From: Octopus vulgaris
Lineage: Eukaryota
Assembly (NCBI GenBank): GCA_951406725.2
Contig: OX597836.1
Coordinates: forward strand, 39,308,001-39,372,000
Length of the DNA: 64,000 nucleotides
Reading direction: 5' to 3'
A model generated the notes under the pieces. It made no database searches. It was given only the letters and a program-made list of their open reading frames with translations, and was not told the origin of the DNA. The position numbers were made by a program, and so were the translations under genes. Of this stretch, positions 46,611 to 57,924 are shown piece by piece. How positions within the stretch are numbered: position 1 is the stretch's first letter; each line of letters starts with the position of its first letter.

Positions 46611-49600
46611 TGTGTACAGTGCTCAGGTGCACTACAACTCATCTAAAGTGTATATATAATCAGGTGTAGTTTCGGCGGATTTCGGAAAGCATGAGGGCCT
46701 TAAAAGATGCAGTGTCATGGCAGTCAACAACTGATGCAGGCAGTTTATTCCATGCTTCAGCAACTCTGAGCGTGAAAAAATGTTTCCGAAAGTCATGGGA
46801 GCTGTATTGTTTTCTGACTTTGTAGGCATGTCCACGTGTGTTAGACACATGGAGATCAAAAAGGTGTTCAGTGTTGTTGTTGGTGAGGTGGTTGATAACT
46901 TTGTGGGTGTTTACCAAGTCCGTCGCCAAACGCCGGAGCTTCAGTGAATCCATGCCCAGGGAAACAAGGCGCCCAGAATATGGTAGGTGTCTGATGGAGG
47001 GTATGCGTGTGTGTGTATACAGGGATGGCTGTAAGTTGCTTTACCCAATTTTTAATAATAAAGAAATGGGTAAAGCAACTTATGGCCATCCCGGTGTATG
47101 TATATGTATATATATATATATATATACACATACATACATACACATGATGTATGTATATATATAAATATACATACACATGATGAACGAGGTCATTGCCAGT
47201 ACTGCCTGACTGGCCCCTGTGCCGGTGGCACGTACAAAGCACCCACTACACTCTCGGAGTGGTTGGCGTTAGGAAGGGCATCAAGCTGTAGAAACTCTGC
47301 CAGATCAAGATTGGAGCCTGGTGCAGCCATCTGGTTTGCCAGCTCTCAGGCAAAATCGTCCAACCCATGCTAGCATGGAAAGCAGACGTTAAACGATGAT
47401 GATGATTATGATATATATAGAGGGAAATTCCATTAGAAAAGTTTTAATCGATTTTCTCAGTAAGTATGGGTGTTAGGAAAAAAATACAAACTGCATTCCA
47501 ATCTATGTACCCGTCTCCACATGTGTGCCATTTTTCACATGAATCCACCCAGTCGTTTGGCTGTGAACCTCAAGACAAGAAAGAATACAATGATTGCCAA
47601 TGTCCAATTTATATTATAGATATATTTTCACTTGTGTGGTACCTTGCAATTTTACTTTGTTATATATATAATTAATGAGGAAGATGGAAGATACGAGATT
47701 GTTTACTGATCTCTACAATTGTTTCAACCTATCTAGCATCGATTCCTTAATGATGGGATACTGAACATCTGGTTTAGGTGTATCCTTTGGGTAGATGCAC
47801 CTCTTCGGTTGACAAGATGTATCTCATTAAATAACACCTGTTATATATGTATAATAATATAATAATATGAATATGTTAGGAAAAATATGGCAAAATGAGT
47901 CACTTACCCCATCTCCAAGAAAATTTTCATATACTGAGCCCTGACTTTCAACAGAGGGTGGAGGTGTCCAGATGGTGGTAACACACCCATGGCATTGAAA
48001 TTGTAAGGTTTGAACTGGAAGGTTTTCCATGAACCACTGGTTGGGGGGAAACAGTAAGAAACAACACATATATATATATAATGATATATGATATAAGTTA
48101 TATGATGTATAAAAACATGTAATATACAAATAAATATCTGTAAATATAAAACCATCCGAATTTCTGAGTATCTCATTTCTTCTAATATAAAATACCTGTA
48201 CATCATCTCCAAACATTCTAATATATATACATACATATATATACATACCTGGCATTGCTCAGGATTTAAATGGCATAGTTTGTATATATGGTACAGTTAA
48301 GTTGAAACATGTGATACAAGGAAGTGCAGCAGTGACAACAAAACATTTGTGAAGTAAATGAAGGTCTAATTTGACTAAGTGTTCGGAAGATTCCAGACCC
48401 TAACCTTGTCATAGAAAAGTGAGTGGGGATATGTGATCTTTTAATGCACCAAAAAGCTCTTAGTGGATATACACTCTTTGTGGCTGCCGGTGCTGCTGCT
48501 ACCATGCTGAACAATCAGTAGACATTGGAACTACATCTATGTAATAAATTGAGCCCATGGGCGTGCTCAGCAGCACCACATGAGAGAAATCTACATGAAA
48601 GAAATGATGTTGTAAGGGTGGGGGAATCAGCAAGGAAGTGCTTGAAAACATGTAAACAGCATGTGACCATTGTGAGGACAACTCAGCTCCCAAATGAAAA
48701 CAATTCTGCATGAAGTGTCAGGGTACGCACGGTCACATTAAGGACATGGTCTCTATCAAATGTGGTTGGGCCATGTGACATTGGGTTGCTGATGTGGTTG
48801 GGAGTTAAATGTAATGCTTATTTATTCCCAATGTTTTGAATTACAGTGTGAAACAAAATTTTTATGTTTTTTGTCTTTTGTCAGAAAGTGTTATTTCCTA
48901 TTTGTTTCTGCCCAGAAATCAAAGGAAATGACTACTATTCCCTTCAAATTTTGCTGTTGTGACCAGGACATCAATGCCTTGAAACTGACCTGTTTTCCAT
49001 TACATTTCAGATAGATTCAGCACTGAGTTGCTGAAGCAGAAATATCATTATAGCAAATATTCTGCTCAATAGCACAGATTTGCTAGTCGGTTGCTTGACC
49101 ATAACCACTCGAGCATGTCGCTTAGTGGCTGACAATATGTGCATCTCTGATCACGAGCAGGAGTAGTTGAGGAGCATCATAGGCACATGTTGAGAGGGAT
49201 TCTTTGGGGCTTGAATAAATGTAACAAAAGCAAAGTTTGAAGGAAATATTAGCCATTTCCATACTGTCTAGGGGTAAACAAATACCAAATAACAGTTAGT
49301 TCTCAAGGACAAAAATCAGTGTTAAACAGTGTTAATCATGCACTATCACATAGCTTTGTGGTTTCAATGATGTGGTTGTTTATCTTTAAAATGACATTGT
49401 AGGGCAGGTGTGAGAGGTTGGATCTGGTTGGTTTGACTATAAAACCAGTAAAATACCTGGGCTGGATAGATATGAACAGTTTAAATACTTAAGGGTTAAC
49501 ATGTATAACAACTATATTTCTTACCTGGCAATCATCTCAGGTGTTAAGTCAATTTCAGGTTTACTAATCTTCAGCGTAAAATTTGGTCCTTTTGATATAA

Positions 49601-52600
49601 CGAAGCTGTTTACTTTGCTGGAAGATAATAAAAAAACAACATTACAGGTGTGATAGAGTTACTGTTGTTGTTTAACATTAAGTCAATCCTAAGCAATAAT
49701 AATAATCACCATCATCATTTAGCGTCCGCTTTCCATGCTAGCATGGGTTGGACGGTTCAACTGGGGTCTGTGAAGTCAGAAGGCTGCACCAGGCTCCAGT
49801 CTGATCTGGCAATGTTTCTACGGCTGGATGCCCTTCCTAACGCCAACCCTGTGAGTGTAGTGGGTGCTTTTTACGTGCCACCTGCACAGGTGCCAGACGG
49901 AGATGGCAAACGGCCACGAACGGATGGTGCTTTTACGTGCCACTGGCACGGGGCCAGGCGAGGCTGGCAACGGACACGAACGGATGGTGCTTTTACGTGA
50001 TGATGATAATAATAATAATGATGATGATAATAATAATAATAATAATAATAAAGTGTCACTTTGATGGTATGCATTGCTCTCTCACTCAACAACAGCAACA
50101 ACAATTATCCTTTCTGCCGGATTGGGGGTTTGATAGGTGTAGCCTCTCACCTTTCTACAATCAACTTTCTTTTCTTGAAATCTTTACATTGTGCATCAGG
50201 TAGATCAGTGAGTGATAGACTGTGAAGCTGCTTCAGTGTTTCTTGTACTTTGTCTTCAATTATCTCCACCTGAAGAAAACAACAAGAGACAACATACAGA
50301 CAATTATCTTTTACACGTTTCAGTTATTGGATTGCAGTCAGTCATGCTTGGGCGCACCGCATTGAGGAATTTTAGTTGAACAAATCAACCCCAGTACCCT
50401 ATTTTTTTATTTATTATTAAGCCTGGGTACTTATTTTACTGATCCGCAAAGCTATAAGGATGTAAACACACCAACAACAGTAGTCAAGTGTGGTACGGGA
50501 CAAAACACAGACACAAAGACAGTACATATATAACGCATAAACAGGGCCTGAAAAATTGCTTGGAGATACATGGCATTTTCTAGGACTTGACTGCTGCTTT
50601 GTTTTATTCATTCCGAAGAGACAAAAGGCAAAGCAGCCCTTGACAAGATTTGAACTCAGAATGTAAAACTTTGGAAGAAATGCCACCTAGCATTTTGTCC
50701 GACATGCTAACCATCTCTGCAAGCTGCCAGCCTTATAATATACCATTGATAGTTTATTAATTCTATTTTATACACAAAACACTTTGCCCCACAAGAAACA
50801 AGTAAGACCCTAATATGATTCCTTAAATAATATTGGTTTCAAATTCTGCCAAGGTCGACTTTGCCCTTCATCCTTTTGGAATCAATAAATTAAGTACCAG
50901 GTGTGTACTAGGGTTGATCTAATCGAATGGCCCCCACTTCCCTAAAAATTTCAGGCCTTGTGCCTAGACTAGAAAAGAATATTGGTTTCGAATTCTGCCA
51001 AGGTCGACTTTGCCCTTCATCTTTTTGGAATCAATAAATTAAGTACCAGGTGTGTACTAGGGTTGATCTAATCGACTGGCCCCCACTTCCCTAAAAATTT
51101 CAGGCCTTGTGCCTCGAGTAGAAAAGAATACTGGTTACAAATTTTGGCCCAAGGCCTACAATTTCAGGGGAAGGGGTAAGTTGATTACATCAATCCTCAT
51201 ACTCAGCTGGTACTTATTTATTTGACCCCAAAAGGATGAAAAGCAAAGTTCACCTTGGCGGAATTTGAACTCAGAATGTGAAGACGGATGAAATGGTGCT
51301 AAGCATTTTGCCCGGCATGCTAACGATTCTGCCAGCTTGCCGCCTTTCATTCCCCTGAATATTATTTGAGGGAGACAAAATACTTTACCTTCTTGTAAAT
51401 TCTTGGTCCACCCTCAGCAGTTTTGTCGATTCTAATCCAACCAGCAGACATGGCTTTGTTGAAACCAATTTTAGCATTGGGCACATTTTTCTGAAATAAC
51501 AAAAATCGTAGAAAATTAATATCTTCCTAATCTTCTTCCTCCTCCTCCTCTTCATCTCACAATTTACATCAACAGCATCATCAGTCACCATCATCATCAT
51601 CATCATCACTGTCACCATCATCAACATCACTTTACTGGAAATACAGGTACTACCCAATTTTGCCAGCTGAGTGCACTGGAGCAATGTGAAATAAAGTGTC
51701 TCAGTCAAACCGTCCAACCCATGCTAGCATGGAAAGCAGGCGTTAAACAATGATGATGATACCAAACAGAGACAATATAACGTTGAGAAGATTGTTTAGT
51801 TGTACTGAGGACAAAGCAACACCTACAGTGCTGGTGCCAGGATAAAATGCATCCAGTACACTCCGTAAAGGGGTCAGCATTAGGCAAGGCATCCAGCTGT
51901 AGAAACAATTTCAAAATTAAGACACTGGAGCAATAATTGGTCCTCTAACCCAGCAAATCTTGTCAGACCATCTGCTAGCAGTATTGCCTAACAACTTACC
52001 ATAATTTCCGACTGAAGAATTCCATCTTCAGGAATTGAATTATATATCAAAGCTTCATAACTTCCAGAATTACAGATTGTTTGCCCTTCTTCAGTCAGTT
52101 CAAGTTTCTTGCCGCTTTTCTGTTCGACATTGATGATCTGCAAGCAAAGGGAAAAGAAAACGAAACAATGCATTATTTATACAAAACATACTTACACACA
52201 CACACATATATATATAGAGAGAGACTAGCACTATGACCCAGCATTTTGATTGGGTTTTGGATAGAAAATTCAGAAAAAAATCACTTCTATTGATTTTTTA
52301 ATGGCTTTGTGGGGTGTCTGGGGAAATGTAAAGATGTGCATGACCACCCTTGGACGGTTTTGAATGACCATAGAAAGTGCGATCCCTCTAACTGAAAAAT
52401 TGTGGATTTGTATAAAGGACACACACACACAGACATTTTGCCGTTTATATATATAGAGTTATATATCCTTTTTCCTAGTTTCAGCTCAGAGCTGCGGCCA
52501 TGCTGATGCACCGCCGTTTTGTGCTACACTGTTATTACTAAGAGCCTCCTCTAATATGTGGCACAGCTACCCTCACTTGCACCTCTTGCCATGAGGTAGG

Positions 52601-55600
52601 TTCATCTGGGACTCACGGCAGGAAGAGGTCCAGCTTTGATTTAAAAACCCCTAAATCTACTTTGTGCAAGTTCTTCAGACTCTTTGGGAGAATATTAAAA
52701 AGCTGTGGGCCCTTGAAACCCAGGCTGTTGCAGTAACTGGTCCTGAAGCGTGATGACATTGCTGGGATCTTTGGCACTCTACATATATATAGTTGAAGGA
52801 TTAAAATTAATCAAATACTTGAATGTATGCTGAGAGATTGTCTTAATCTGTTTGCCTTCAGATGGTTGATTTCTGTAGCTATTATCAGTGTATATTGGTG
52901 ATTTAAATAAGAGTTTTGACTGTTATTTCCAGCAAATAGATATACTTAGTATGTCATTCGATTAATATTATATAATATATTATATTATATTGCTTTACAT
53001 TTGGGCTTTCTGTCCCTGCATGGGTTGGGTGGGTTTCACAATGCCTCACCTATCACTGTTCTTTGTCATCTATGGTACACAATAGTAGAAAATGAATTGT
53101 TCATTTTTATTTTTGGAATATGATATGCTTTTGGCAGGTCTATAAACAGACGTGTGTGTATTTATTTAGATCCAGGCATGGTTTTATAGTTAAGAAATAC
53201 ATGCCAGCGCTACCTTGACTGGCTTCTGTGCCGGTGGCACGTAAAAAGCACCAACCGATTGTGGCCACTGCCAGCCTCCCCTGGCACCTGTGCCGGTGGC
53301 ATGTAAAAAGCACCCACTACACTCATGGAGTGGTCGGCGTTAGGAAGGGCATCCAGCTGTAGAAACACTGCCAGATCAGACTGGAGCCTGGTGCAGCCCC
53401 CCGGTCGAACCATCCAACCCATGCTAGCACGGAAAACAGACGTTAAACAATGATGATGATTTCATAGCCAAGTGGTTTCGGGACCAGTTTCACAACATAT
53501 CATCTTGGCTTAGTGACTTGTACCTTGTACTGAATTCCCTGGGACAACCAATGAATTGTATGTGAATTTTGTAGCTGAAACTATTAGGCCCATCGTATAA
53601 AAGAGTAAGGAAGGGTAAAAATCCCCTTCAGTCATGGATGACCATGGGATTGCACCAAGGAAGTTCTCCTCCAAACATGTCAAACGATAACTTACTTTTA
53701 CCAGTCAGATATTATTAATGATACAAGGGGCCCGACAACATCGTCTGCGAATTGTAAGAAGACCGTTTCACAATCTTTTTCTTAAAAGTCAGTTTATAAC
53801 TAATATATACTATTATGTCAAATTTTGTGCCTGAACGGGAAACATCACATCATAAAATGGGCGAGGGTAAAGCGGGTCCAAACCACCTAACCCTAACCAT
53901 TGTGCGCAGTAAAAAATCTGATTAAAGGAGCGCCGCAATATCAACTAAATCACATTAAAATCAAACTGTTTCATTTTATGTAGAACAGGAATATATACTG
54001 TAAAGTATAGAAGCCATCTTATCATGGCTAACCACATTGGGGAGGGGGTTGTTACTGTAGCTTTATAGCCCCAAGAGATCTTCGTCTCTAGCTGGCTCTA
54101 AACACAATATCTGTGTCTTTGGAGTATTTGCAAAGGGAGGCCATCCCTTCCTCGCAAGCCTGAGTGATACGCTCGAACTAGTTTCGGGATGTTTGTCCCT
54201 CGTCAACGGGCGGCAACCAACAGGTAGCGATAAAAGTGAAGGCTCCTTTGCAAATAGATATAAGTTTTTCTAATGGCGTCTGCCACTGATGTCGAAAAAC
54301 GAACAGTAAGCATAATTAAATCTCAGAATGAGATTGAAACAGTAATCGCTCGATAATGTAAAGTATAGAAGCCATCTTATCATGGCTAACCACATTGGGG
54401 AGGGGTAGCTGAAATCGACAATAATAATTAACGCCATGTAAATTAATATCAGTGACTTGATAAACTGGTTGTTTCTGCGCTGTACGTTTTCTTTGCCAGC
54501 TAACGAGGGTACTACTTAAATACAGAGGTCCCGACGCATCTACATAACCCTAACCCTAAAACTAACTCTGACCCCTAAAGTTAAAACTAATAACCCTAAC
54601 GAGTGTGCACTGTAAAAACATTGTTGCGTAGATGCATAGGGACCTGTATTTAAGTAGTGCCCAGTTAAGTCTGTTTTATGTTTATATACATAAAACCCGT
54701 TAAATTAACTAGATCTGATTCTTCTAGGGAGCCAGACAGATGATAAGTACAAAAAATGGCATAACTTCGGTATAGGTACCGGATACATTTCAAGAAAGTA
54801 TATATATATATATACCGGAGTAAACACATAAATGTGAAACAAGGTGGAAAAAAGAGTACTCAAATACCAGTGGTAGAGTAATATGCTTTATTTAAAGCAG
54901 CAGAAAATTCAACAAAATCTGTTACTCTGAGTTTCTCGTTGCCGTTCATCAGACAGTTTTTCTAGCAAAAACTGTCTGATGAACGGCAACGAGAAACTCA
55001 GAGTAACAGATTTTGTTGAATTTTCTGCTGCTTAAAATAAAGTATATATATATATAGGGGGGGGGGGTTAGGGTTAGGGTCTGTGTTAGGGGTGGGAGAA
55101 AAGGGTTTGTTATCTTCAGAAATGTAAACAAAGCCACTTCTGGTACTTATACCGAAGGAGCACCCAAAAAATAATTCATAATGAGACACAATGCCGGAGA
55201 GGGGATGTGACTGTGTGATGTTCATGCTTTACACAATTATAAAGAGGAACAGTAGAGACACCGGTGCAGTTTTGGAACAGCTGTCATCCAGTCTCATATC
55301 TTATGGGAAAGGAACGGGGTGTGTCGGAAATGCGATCAAAAATCCCGTTGTTTGAAATACAGAAATGCCGAAAAACTTAATTAGGATCGACTACTTACGA
55401 CTAGCTAGCGCGTGTGCGCAAACCGGGACCCCTGTTCGCTAGTAGTACCCTTTATTTATTAATCCCTAGCCAGGGATCTGGCTTAGTTAAAGAGAATTTA
55501 TGCCATAATGAGATTCGGCTAAGCTTAATTAGTGGAACCTATAGGACGCATAAGCTTAACAATTACCGTTCTACGTATACAGAACCCACGCCTTGCTATG

Positions 55601-57296
55601 GTGCCATTCAACGCATTCCGTCTGGACGTGTATTCTTTCGTCTGTCCGGGCTGTTCGGTACTACTAGCGAACAGTGGTCCCGGTTTGTGCACACGCGCTA
55701 GCTAGTCGTAAGTAGTCGATCCTACATAATTTTTTAAACTAAGTAAATAAATCATTTTTATAAACAAACTAAGGTTAGGGTTAGGTTTAGGGTTAAAAAA
55801 TTAGGTGTAGCTAGTCGTAAGTAGTCGATCCTACAATGACTTTTTAACCCTAACTCTAACCCTAAGTTTGTTTATAAAAATAATTTATTTACTTAGTTAA
55901 AGTCGTTGTAGGATCGACTACTTACGACTAGCTAGCGCGGATGCGCGAGTGCGCGCACCCGGACCGCAGTTCGCAAGTAGTACCTAAATAAAGTAATAAA
56001 CCTTGGATAATGGGACAGACAGAATTGTCTGAGCATCGGACGAGACGTATTGCGGTATTTGCTCCAGCTCTGCCGAGTTCAAATCCCGTTGTCACCAACT
56101 TGGGTTGTAAGTAGACATGATAACCGGCTTAACCTCACCACCCGGCTTATAGCTAACATTCAGGTCAAGTTTTCGATTTGAGTATCCCCTCTGTCTTCCC
56201 TCCAACCAGTGTCGGAAGACAACACTAACCCTAACTCTGAGCACCTTTTCAAACTCCACCTGTCTAGCACTCGTGGACGTTTACAAAGTCAGAAAACAGC
56301 ACAGATCCCATGACTTTCGGAAACATTTTCTTCACGCTAAGAGTTGCTGAAGCATGGAACAAACTGCCGGCATCAGTTGTTAGTTGTCGGAGCACTGCAT
56401 CCTTCAAAATTTCCATGCTTCCTGAGATTCACCAACACTACACCTGATTTTCTCCCCTCCATACACACGCAAGCATGTACCTGAATCATACACTGTTCAC
56501 TTTCCAGACATTTGTACATTACTGCACATACTTTATACGCACTTTTGACAAGTTGTGGTGCACCTGAGCACTGTATACAATAATTTCATTATTATTATTA
56601 TTATTATCATAGGAGCCTGGATACCGACCCTCTCTCCTCATGTAAGCCATAGATACATAGGCGCAGGAGTGGCTGTGTGGTAAGTAGCTTGCTTACAAAC
56701 CACATGGTTCCGGGTTCAGTCCCACTGCGTGGCATCTAGGGCAAGTGTCTTCTGCTATAGCCCCGGGCCGACCAAAGCCTTGTGAATCGATTTGTTAGAC
56801 GGAAACTGAAAGAAGCCTGTCGTAAATATGTATATATATATATATATATATATGTGTGTTTGTGTGTCTGTGTTTGTCCCCCTAGCATTGCTTGACAACC
56901 GATGTTGGTGTGTTTACGTCCCCGTTACTTAGCGGTTCGGCAAAAGAGGGACCGATAAAATAAAGTACTGGGCTTACAAAAAAGAATAAGTCCCGGGGTC
57001 GATTTGCTCGATCGACTAAAGGCGGTGCTCCAGCATGGCCGCACATCAAATGACTGAAACACGTAAAAGAGTATAATACTATTGCATCATCATTTCATCT
57101 CAGAACCAAATCAATTAACTGTGAATATAATATAATATAATATAAGCAATATGTCAACCTCTCCAAGGGCCTGCAAGCTTTTGACAACTCCGACGATTTT
57201 CTGATGGTCCACATTCCATTCCTGAGCCAGATGTAATGTATCCACGGAATCTTTGTCTTCGATGTAAGACAACAACGACTGCTGCAAGTCCGACAT
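39244..57296 (-). CDS. FARSA: Phenylalanine--tRNA ligase alpha subunit (cytosolic), 13 coding exons, 1488 nt, 495 aa
   Basis: Exons join in frame at GT-AG. Class II aaRS motifs are present: [101 protein letters not shown]. Confidence 0.98.
39503..39878 (+). mobile_element. Helentron/HINE-like non-autonomous element (related family at about 15793-16135, 45394-45768 on -, 52224-52458)
   Basis: 5' ACTAGCA plus short palindrome, (AC)n/ACAG tract, 3' GCCGTTTATATATAG; the copy at 45728-45766 has the hairpin ctagcactatgacc..ggtcatagtgctag. Confidence 0.6.
40791..40905 (-). CDS. FARSA: FARSA exon 12 ([18 protein letters not shown]...AWGLSLER, motif 3)
   Basis: tacAG acceptor, GTTGGT donor. Confidence 0.97.
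41197..41274 (-). CDS. FARSA: FARSA exon 11 ([26 protein letters not shown])
   Basis: cAG acceptor, GTAAGT donor, phase 1/1. Confidence 0.96.
41646..41814 (-). CDS. FARSA: FARSA exon 10 (motif 2: [27 protein letters not shown])
   Basis: ttacAG acceptor, GTAAG donor. Confidence 0.97.
41969..42478 (+). mobile_element. Non-autonomous bipartite RTE-derived retroposon in FARSA intron 9
   Basis: 11-bp TSD TATGTACCACA (41958-41968 and 42479-42489); last ~160 nt match the RTE 3' end at 31108-31260; (TAAG)n tail; GC-rich structured 5' part. Confidence 0.8.
43343..43442 (-). CDS. FARSA: FARSA exon 9 ([33 protein letters not shown])
   Basis: tttcAG acceptor, GTAAG donor. Confidence 0.97.
44283..44367 (-). 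CDS. FARSA: FARSA exon 8 ([29 protein letters not shown])
   Basis: ttttcAG acceptor, GTGAG donor. Confidence 0.95.
44615..45029. mobile_element. MITE with ~30-bp TIRs and internal TTAGGG motif
   Basis: ggatcttttcggtttgaacagcagtttttt / aaaaaactgccgttcaaaccgaaaagatcc; an internal segment recurs at about 61347-61482. Confidence 0.8.
46214..46329 (-). CDS. FARSA: FARSA exon 7 ([38 protein letters not shown])
   Basis: Poly-T tract plus cAG, GTAAA donor. Confidence 0.97.
46611..47010 (-). mobile_element. CR1-like LINE 3' fragment with (ATT)n tail
   Basis: [14 protein letters not shown]...TRGHAYKV...[17 protein letters not shown]; a second copy lies at about 56236-56607 (+). Confidence 0.85.
47908..48036 (-). 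CDS. FARSA: FARSA exon 6 ([13 protein letters not shown]...[10 protein letters not shown]...LEMG)
   Basis: ccAG acceptor, GTAAGT donor. Confidence 0.96.
49525..49617 (-). CDS. FARSA: FARSA exon 5 ([13 protein letters not shown]...DLTPEMIA)
   Basis: ccAG acceptor, GTAAG donor, phase 2/2. Confidence 0.94.
50151..50269 (-). CDS. FARSA: FARSA exon 4 (VEIIEDKVQ...KKRKLIVE)
   Basis: ttcAG acceptor, GTGAG donor; KKRKL motif. Confidence 0.92.
50830..51130. repeat. 149-bp tandem duplication of a SINE B-related segment
   Basis: atattggtttc.aattctgccaaggtcgac...ttcaggccttgtgcct occurs twice. Confidence 0.85.
51389..51490 (-). CDS. FARSA: FARSA exon 3 ([23 protein letters not shown]...IYKK)
   Basis: tttcAG acceptor, GTAAAG donor, phase 0/0. 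Confidence 0.94.
52000..52137 (-). CDS. FARSA: FARSA exon 2 (IINVEQ...QSEIM)
   Basis: cAG acceptor, GTAAG donor; LTEEG..GSYEA motif. Confidence 0.94.
53999..54405 (-). mobile_element. Penelope-like remnant: 49-bp direct repeats around a degenerate hammerhead
   Basis: Direct repeats at 53999-54047 and 54357-54405; minus strand 54212-54170 reads CGCCCG TTGACGA GGGA-CAAACA-TCCC GAAA CTAG TT CGAGCG. Confidence 0.55.
54507..54662. mobile_element. Small MITE with GGGTACTACTT termini and internal TAACCC repeats
   Basis: gggtactacttaaatacag..ggtccc..gcatctac / gtagatgc..gggacctgtatttaagtagtgccc. Confidence 0.7.
54815..55047. mobile_element. Penelope-like pseudo-LTR remnant with an 81-bp inverted duplication
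   Basis: 54881-54961 is the reverse complement of 54967-55047 (2 mismatches); one arm extends further to about 54815; flanked by (TA)n; carries the hammerhead. Confidence 0.65.
54967..55015 (+). ncRNA. Minimal type I hammerhead ribozyme motif (Penelope-like), with a mirror copy on - at about 54913-54961
   Basis: Stem I CTGT/ACAG, core CTGATGA (54976-54982), stem II a-CG-GCAA-CG-a, GAAA (54993-54996), stem III CTC-A-GAG, cleavage triplet GUA ending at 55005. Confidence 0.7.
56236..56607 (+). mobile_element. CR1-like LINE 3' fragment
   Basis: Same family as 46611-47010 (catgactttcggaaacatttt...ggtgcacctgagcactgt), ending in (ATT)n. Confidence 0.8.
56660..57072 (+). mobile_element. tRNA-derived SINE family A, full-length copy (others at about 15167-15550, 19900-20315, 20830-21230, 34887-35250, 58610-59015, 60428-60870, 61838-62301)
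   Basis: A-box TGGCTGTGTGG, B-box GGTTCAGTCCC, central (TA)n(TG)n, tail ccagcatggccgc...gactgaaac; many near-identical copies in the window. Confidence 0.9.
57159..57296 (-). CDS. FARSA: FARSA exon 1 (MSDLQQ...KSLQALGE)
   Basis: ATG at 57296; [16 protein letters not shown] motif; GT donor at 57158; phase 0. Confidence 0.93.
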
Positions 57297-57337
57297 CGTG
57301 ATCAACACGAAGCCTCTGGACTCTAGGCTCGCACTAC

Positions 57338-57535
57338 ACTTCCGCTACGGCTTTCTCATTTGCAAATGAAAAGTTTATTTCGATGATTGTTTATTTTTAT
57401 TTGATGAAAAAAGAAAAAGGAAACAAATTTTTAGAATTTGTAGGATTCAGTTGGTGTTGATTGTTTGAATAAATAATAATTTTAGGAATTCTTTTCCTTG
57501 AATCACGTTGCCGGCGAAAAAGACCGAACTTCCGG
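57338..57535. promoter_or_regulatory. FARSA proximal promoter region with ETS-type motifs
   Basis: ACTTCCG at 57338-57344 and ACTTCCGG at 57528-57535 (CGGAAGT on -), plus palindromic ATTTGCAAAT at 57358-57367, just upstream of the ATG. Confidence 0.45.
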
Positions 57536-57620
57536 TACAATAATCACTTCGACTAAAAAGTAATTAATTATGTTTAATTTGGAAATAAAAAGTAATAGAA
57601 GTTTCGTTCATTTAATTTAA

Positions 57621-57924
57621 GGTACTACTAGCGAACAGTGGTCCCGGTTCGCGCACTCGCGCATCCGCGCTAGCAAGTAGTGACTAGTCGATCCTAACAC
57701 GACAACCCTAGCAAAGTAAATAAAACACAAAATAAATAATTTTTTTACACAAAGTAAATAATTGTTGTTAAATAAAGTAAATAAAATACAAAAACACAAA
57801 GTAAATAATTTTTTAAACAAAGTAAACAACACACAAAAACACAATGATCGACTAGTCATGACTAGCTTGCTCGGATGCGCGAGTACGCGCGCGCGCACCG
57901 GGACCACTGTTCGCTAGAAGTACC
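57621..57924. mobile_element. MITE with GGTACTACTAGCGAAC termini and TTAA flanks (Kolobok-like); related pieces at 55382-55449 and 55657-55984
   Basis: TIR ggtactactagcgaacagtggtcccgg / ccgggaccactgttcgctagaagtacc; TTAA at 57617-57620 and 57925-57928. Confidence 0.75.

Noticed and set aside
48247-48275. Minus-strand ...cctgagcaatgccag|gtatg resembling a duplicate of the FARSA exon 5 end
   Set aside because: Frame is not conserved and it better matches the Helentron-like terminal palindrome seen near 39516-39532.
55770-55865. TTAGGG/TAACCC runs as interstitial telomere
   Set aside because: Only two to four degenerate units, internal to MITEs.
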